From Acidobacteriota bacterium (GTDB lineage: Bacteria; Acidobacteriota; Thermoanaerobaculia; Multivoradales; UBA5704): 64,000 nt of DNA. Positions 60,459-64,000 of this stretch are shown here, in pieces (the stretch's first letter is position 1; every line of letters begins with the position of its first letter). The notes beneath the pieces were generated by a model that had not been told where the DNA came from, did no database searches, and worked only from the letters and a program-made list of their open reading frames with translations. The position numbers and the translations under genes are program-made. The stretch lies in assembly GCA_040005235.1 (NCBI GenBank), contig JBDTZG010000021.1:25668-89667 (forward strand). The letters are read 5' to 3'.

Positions 60459-61733
60459 ATGGAGAGGGAAGCAGGACATCTGACGATCGAAACGTTGGCC
60501 CGGTGGCTCGCGGGGGATCTTCCGCACGAAGTGGTCGTGGGGGAGATCGCCCCGCATCTCGAAGCGAGCTGTCCGACCTGCCGCGAGCGCTTCGTCGAGT
60601 TGCGCGAGCTTCAGGGGGAGGTGGGTCATTGGAACGAAACGGTAGTGCTTTTTGAAGGACGGGAAGCGCCGAGCCAACTCGCACAGTTGGAGCGACTGCC
60701 GCTTCCCGAGCAGTTGGTCCAGGTTCAGGAGGACGGCAACCTTCGGACATGGGCACTCTGTGCGCTATTGATTCGCGAGAGCCAAGGCGCCGTTTCTGAC
60801 CAGCCTTTGCGCGCGGTGGAGCGCGCCGAGGTAGCTGTTCGGATTGCCGAGCAGCTGTCGGGAGAGGTATATGACTCGGTGTGGGTCCACGACCTGTGTG
60901 CTCGTGCCTGGGCTCACCTAGCAAATTCGCGACGGGTTTTGGGAGAGCTCCTCGGTGCGGACCAGGCATTGCGCACCGCGCAGGCCCTGCTCGAACGGGG
61001 CGGTACCGGTGCGCCCGAAGTGCTGGCCGAACTGCTTCACATTCAGGCGGCTCTCCGCCGGGCTCAACGCCGCCTGCCCGAAGCGCTCGTGGCGGCCGAC
61101 GACGCCATGGCCTTGTTCCTAGGGGCAAATCATCCCGCGGCAATGCACCGGGTGCGACTGACACGAGCGAAGATCCGCGAGGAGCTCGGCGACTTACCCG
61201 GGACCATCGCCGATCTCGAAAGTGTGATCGAAGAGGTCGACGCGGAGGGAGAAACGGTGCTGCGCGCCTATGCGCACCATAATCTTCTCACCGCGCTGAT
61301 GTTTGCCGGCCGCTTCGAGGAGGCATCCCAAAGGCTAGAAGAAGTTCGAGGCATGTTCCTCCTCGCCAACCCTCTCGACCGGCTCCGTTTGCGCTGGCTC
61401 GAAGCGCGGATTGCCGCGGGGCTAGGCCGGCAGGACGAGGCTGAGAGCATCCTTCGAGAGGTGCGGAAAGAGTTCTTCGAGCGACAGATGGGCTACGACG
61501 CGGCGCTCGCGGCGCTCGATCTTGCGACCTTGTTCGCCGAGCAGGGACGGACGCAGGAGATCAAGCAGCTCGCGATCGAGGTACTACCTCTGTTCGAATC
61601 GCGCGAGGTCCATCGCGAGGCGATGGGGGCTTTGATCCTGTTCCAGCGGGCCGCGGAGCAGGAGAACCTGACCGTCGAGCTGGCTCGGCAGGTGGCGGCG
61701 TTCCTCTCCCGGGAGAGATCGCTCGGCTTCTGA
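60459..61733 (+). CDS. TPR-like helical protein with N-terminal zf-HC2 (anti-sigma-type) zinc finger
   Basis: HLTIETLARWLAG...HLEASCPTC; TPR-like helices (AWAHLAN, AHHNLL, ARIAAGLG, LDLA); SD GGGAGG. Confidence 0.8.
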   Translation: MEREAGHLTIETLARWLAGDLPHEVVVGEIAPHLEASCPTCRERFVELRELQGEVGHWNETVVLFEGREAPSQLAQLERLPLPEQLVQVQEDGNLRTWALCALLIRESQGAVSDQPLRAVERAEVAVRIAEQLSGEVYDSVWVHDLCARAWAHLANSRRVLGELLGADQALRTAQALLERGGTGAPEVLAELLHIQAALRRAQRRLPEALVAADDAMALFLGANHPAAMHRVRLTRAKIREELGDLPGTIADLESVIEEVDAEGETVLRAYAHHNLLTALMFAGRFEEASQRLEEVRGMFLLANPLDRLRLRWLEARIAAGLGRQDEAESILREVRKEFFERQMGYDAALAALDLATLFAEQGRTQEIKQLAIEVLPLFESREVHREAMGALILFQRAAEQENLTVELARQVAAFLSRERSLGF

Positions 61734-61743
61734 TTGGCCGAGG

Positions 61744-61771
61744 CGAGGGCGGCCCTCCGTGGCCGCCCTCG
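61744..61771 (+). terminator. GC hairpin after the TPR gene
   Basis: 11-bp perfect stem CGAGGGCGGCC/GGCCGCCCTCG; no U-tract. Confidence 0.5.
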
Positions 61772-61898
61772 AAGGATCGCTAAAACTGCGATTAAAGCGC
61801 TCGGGGATTCCCCTTGCCCTGCTATGATCCTCGCCGTTTACCAGCGTTCCCGAAAGCGTCCGGACGGCTCGGCCGCCCGGCAGTGAGGTACGGCGGCG

Positions 61899-63449
61899 AT
61901 GACCGATCTATCGGTTCCTCGCGATTCTCGGCGCGTTCCGCTCGAGACGCGGGTCCAGCTCAAGTTCGAGAAGTTCAGCGGATTCATCAACGAATTCTCC
62001 GCCAACATCTCGCCCGGGGGGATCTTCATCCGCTCCGATCGGCCCGAACCGGTGGGAACCCTGGTCGATTTCGAATTCCGGCTGGGCGACGGCTTTGAGC
62101 TGATTAAAGGCCGTGGTGAAGTCGCCTGGGCGCGGGAATCGAGCGACGACCCGGCCCATCCCGCCGGCATGGGGCTCAGTTTTCTGGAGATTTCACCGCA
62201 GGGCAAAGAGCTGATCTACAAAGTGGTGGACCGCCACGTTCAGTCGGGCGGCGTGCCGTTCGATCCGACCCCGCCCCCGCCGGTCCCGGCGCCTGCGGTC
62301 ACCGCGCCTCGAGTTGCGATTACGCCTCTCGGTCGGCCGGCGCCGCAGGAGCCGCCGATTCGCAACGCCGATCGGCTGCTCCAACTCTTCGAAGAGGCGA
62401 CCGCGAGCGTCGAAGCGACCGAGAACAAGCACGCCGAGCAGGCCCCTTCGGCTCCGGCGCTTCCGGTCTCCGCGATGCAGGCGGTCCCCGCGCCTGTCCC
62501 TGCAGCCCCCGCGCCCGCCGAAGCTCCGCCGCCGCTCGAACGAACCTGGACCGGCCGGGCGCCGATTCTCGCGCCGCCTCCTGAGGTGCCGCTGCGCCAG
62601 GTGCCGTCGCCGCTCGACGACACGCAATCCGGTGGCATTCTTGTTCCCCCGGAACCCGGGGCGGCCAAGGGGAAGGCGCGGCGATCCTTGCAGGTGGTTC
62701 TCGGAGTTTTCCTGCTCGCACTGGTCCTCGCCGGCATCGCCGCTTGGCGGGTCAAGGACATCTGGTGGGACGATTTCTTTGGCGAGCCCGATCCCGAGCC
62801 GCTCCCCGCGGCGTTTGCCAACCCGGAACGTAAGCCCATGTACCGTAGCCTGCCCGGCAAGCGGGCTTTGGGTACCGGTTCGCCGACCCCCACCGTCCAG
62901 GGGACCGGGGGCGCTCCGGCGACCGCGCCGCCGCCGAACCCCGCACCGGTCCAGATCGCGACCGCGCCGGTAGCCCCTCCGGTAGCTATAGCTCCCCCGG
63001 GGCCTCCCATTTCCGTTCAAAGCCCCGCTCCCGGCCCGCCTGCGGCGCCTATTACCCCTCCGCCGGCGGCTGCTTCCGCCCTGCAAGTCGCGCCGGCCGA
63101 AGCGCCGCGCCCGGTGCTCGCCGCCCTGCGCTCGATCTCCGTGCGCGCCCTGCCGAACGAGACCGAGGTGGTGCTCGAAGGAGACGGCATCATCCGCTCC
63201 TCGAACTTCGCGCAGTTTCGGATCGATTCCGGAACCCCCCGGGAGCTGATTCGATTCAAGGGGATCCGTCATGCCTACCCGGCCACCAAGGTCGCGGGGG
63301 GAACACCCGAGCTGGCGCAGATCCGCATCGGCTATCACAGCCCGGACGAGTTGCACGTCGTGTTCGACCTCACCGGGCCGGAGATCGTGGTGAAGAGTCT
63401 CGACGTCTCGGTCTCCCGCCTGACGGTCCGGCTCGGGCGAAAGCGCTGA
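61899..63449 (+). CDS. PilZ (TIGR02266-like) protein with Pro-rich linkers, one TM and a C-terminal AMIN-like domain
   Basis: RDSRR and NISPGG c-di-GMP motifs, GEVAW, GMGLSF; TM LGVFLLALVLAGIAAW; PRELIRF...QIRIGYH...LHVVFDL. Confidence 0.8.
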   Translation: MTDLSVPRDSRRVPLETRVQLKFEKFSGFINEFSANISPGGIFIRSDRPEPVGTLVDFEFRLGDGFELIKGRGEVAWARESSDDPAHPAGMGLSFLEISPQGKELIYKVVDRHVQSGGVPFDPTPPPPVPAPAVTAPRVAITPLGRPAPQEPPIRNADRLLQLFEEATASVEATENKHAEQAPSAPALPVSAMQAVPAPVPAAPAPAEAPPPLERTWTGRAPILAPPPEVPLRQVPSPLDDTQSGGILVPPEPGAAKGKARRSLQVVLGVFLLALVLAGIAAWRVKDIWWDDFFGEPDPEPLPAAFANPERKPMYRSLPGKRALGTGSPTPTVQGTGGAPATAPPPNPAPVQIATAPVAPPVAIAPPGPPISVQSPAPGPPAAPITPPPAAASALQVAPAEAPRPVLAALRSISVRALPNETEVVLEGDGIIRSSNFAQFRIDSGTPRELIRFKGIRHAYPATKVAGGTPELAQIRIGYHSPDELHVVFDLTGPEIVVKSLDVSVSRLTVRLGRKR

Positions 63450-63577
63450 GCGAGGGGCGGCTGAGGTAAGATCCTCCCTCTTTTCCCGCTTCGACCGAGC
63501 CGGCCGCGTTTTCGCTCATTTCGCCGTTTCGACGTTCGGGAGCTAACCGGGAGACGCCGAGGCAGGGAATCCGTCGT

Positions 63578-64000
63578 ATGGCCCGCGTCGATCGCCTGAA
63601 ACAGCGGCTGCTGCGCGAGCTCGTCGACCAGAACGTCGAGCTCGTCCAGGGAATGCCGCGAAAAACGCTTAAACGGAGGCGACGCCTCCGGCTGGGCAGC
63701 TCTCTGCTCGGCCTGTCGCTTCTGCCTGTGGCGTTGTTGGCATCATCGCGCCTGTTTGCGCCGGATCTCTCCTCGATCGCAACTTCTGCTCCGGTCCGCT
63801 CCGGCCCCTCACCTCCAGCGAGCTCTCCAAGCGCCGAAGAGCTGCGGCTGGCGGCGCCGCGGCCGATCGACCCGTCGGTGTTCCCGCTCGCGGTGCGCCG
63901 GATCGCGATCGATCCCGGGCACGGCGGGTTCTCGGTCGGAACCCGGGCCGCTTCGGGCCTGTATGAGAAGGACGTCACGCTCGACATCGCGCGGCGCGTC
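63578..64000 (+). CDS. N-acetylmuramoyl-L-alanine amidase (Amidase_3), runs off the window
   Basis: Manual translation: MARVDRLK...TM...RIAIDPGHGG...GLYEKDVTLDIARRV. Confidence 0.88.
   Translation, partial: MARVDRLKQRLLRELVDQNVELVQGMPRKTLKRRRRLRLGSSLLGLSLLPVALLASSRLFAPDLSSIATSAPVRSGPSPPASSPSAEELRLAAPRPIDPSVFPLAVRRIAIDPGHGGFSVGTRAASGLYEKDVTLDIARRV

Noticed and set aside
62270-63110. Pro/Ala-rich low-complexity repeats
   Set aside because: Ordinary disordered linkers within the PilZ protein, with no nucleotide periodicity.

Overview
GC-rich, gene-dense chromosomal segment from a Gram-negative bacterium. Gene content and peptide style suggest Acidobacteriota (possibly Thermoanaerobaculia), which is an inference. 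In order along the window: the end of a Clp ATPase gene; the bamA-skp-lpxD-fabZ-lpxA envelope operon; a MacAB-like exporter without an ATPase; an M14 peptidase; a Cache/HAMP Ser/Thr kinase; a LysM-FecR protein; thiC; an orphan FkbK/J/I/H hydroxymalonyl-ACP cassette; a Schlafen/AlbA_2 gene; mntH-USP and mgtE; a modE-porin-modABC operon; a 12-kb minus-strand operon (YHS, GlcG-like, gluconolactonase, glucose dehydrogenase, GH63, debranching enzyme, aquaporin, GMC oxidoreductase, VOC, DoxX) with an internal out-of-frame deletion; a split selenocysteine formate dehydrogenase with a canonical SECIS; pgi-glk; a PilZ-AMIN protein; and an amidase. Two signals stand out. (1) At 59986-61733, a secreted peptide carrying a duplicated HLWAxEGISIDPLGR motif sits next to a zinc-finger/TPR protein, a candidate peptide-signalling module. 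(2) At 33592-33759, an unannotated Cys/Thr-rich RiPP-like precursor has an in-frame TAG exactly between leader and core. Three distinct REP-like palindromic elements and a 43-bp tandem array are also present. No rRNA, tRNA, CRISPR array or transposase was recognised. All product calls come from motif recognition by eye; no database searches were run.
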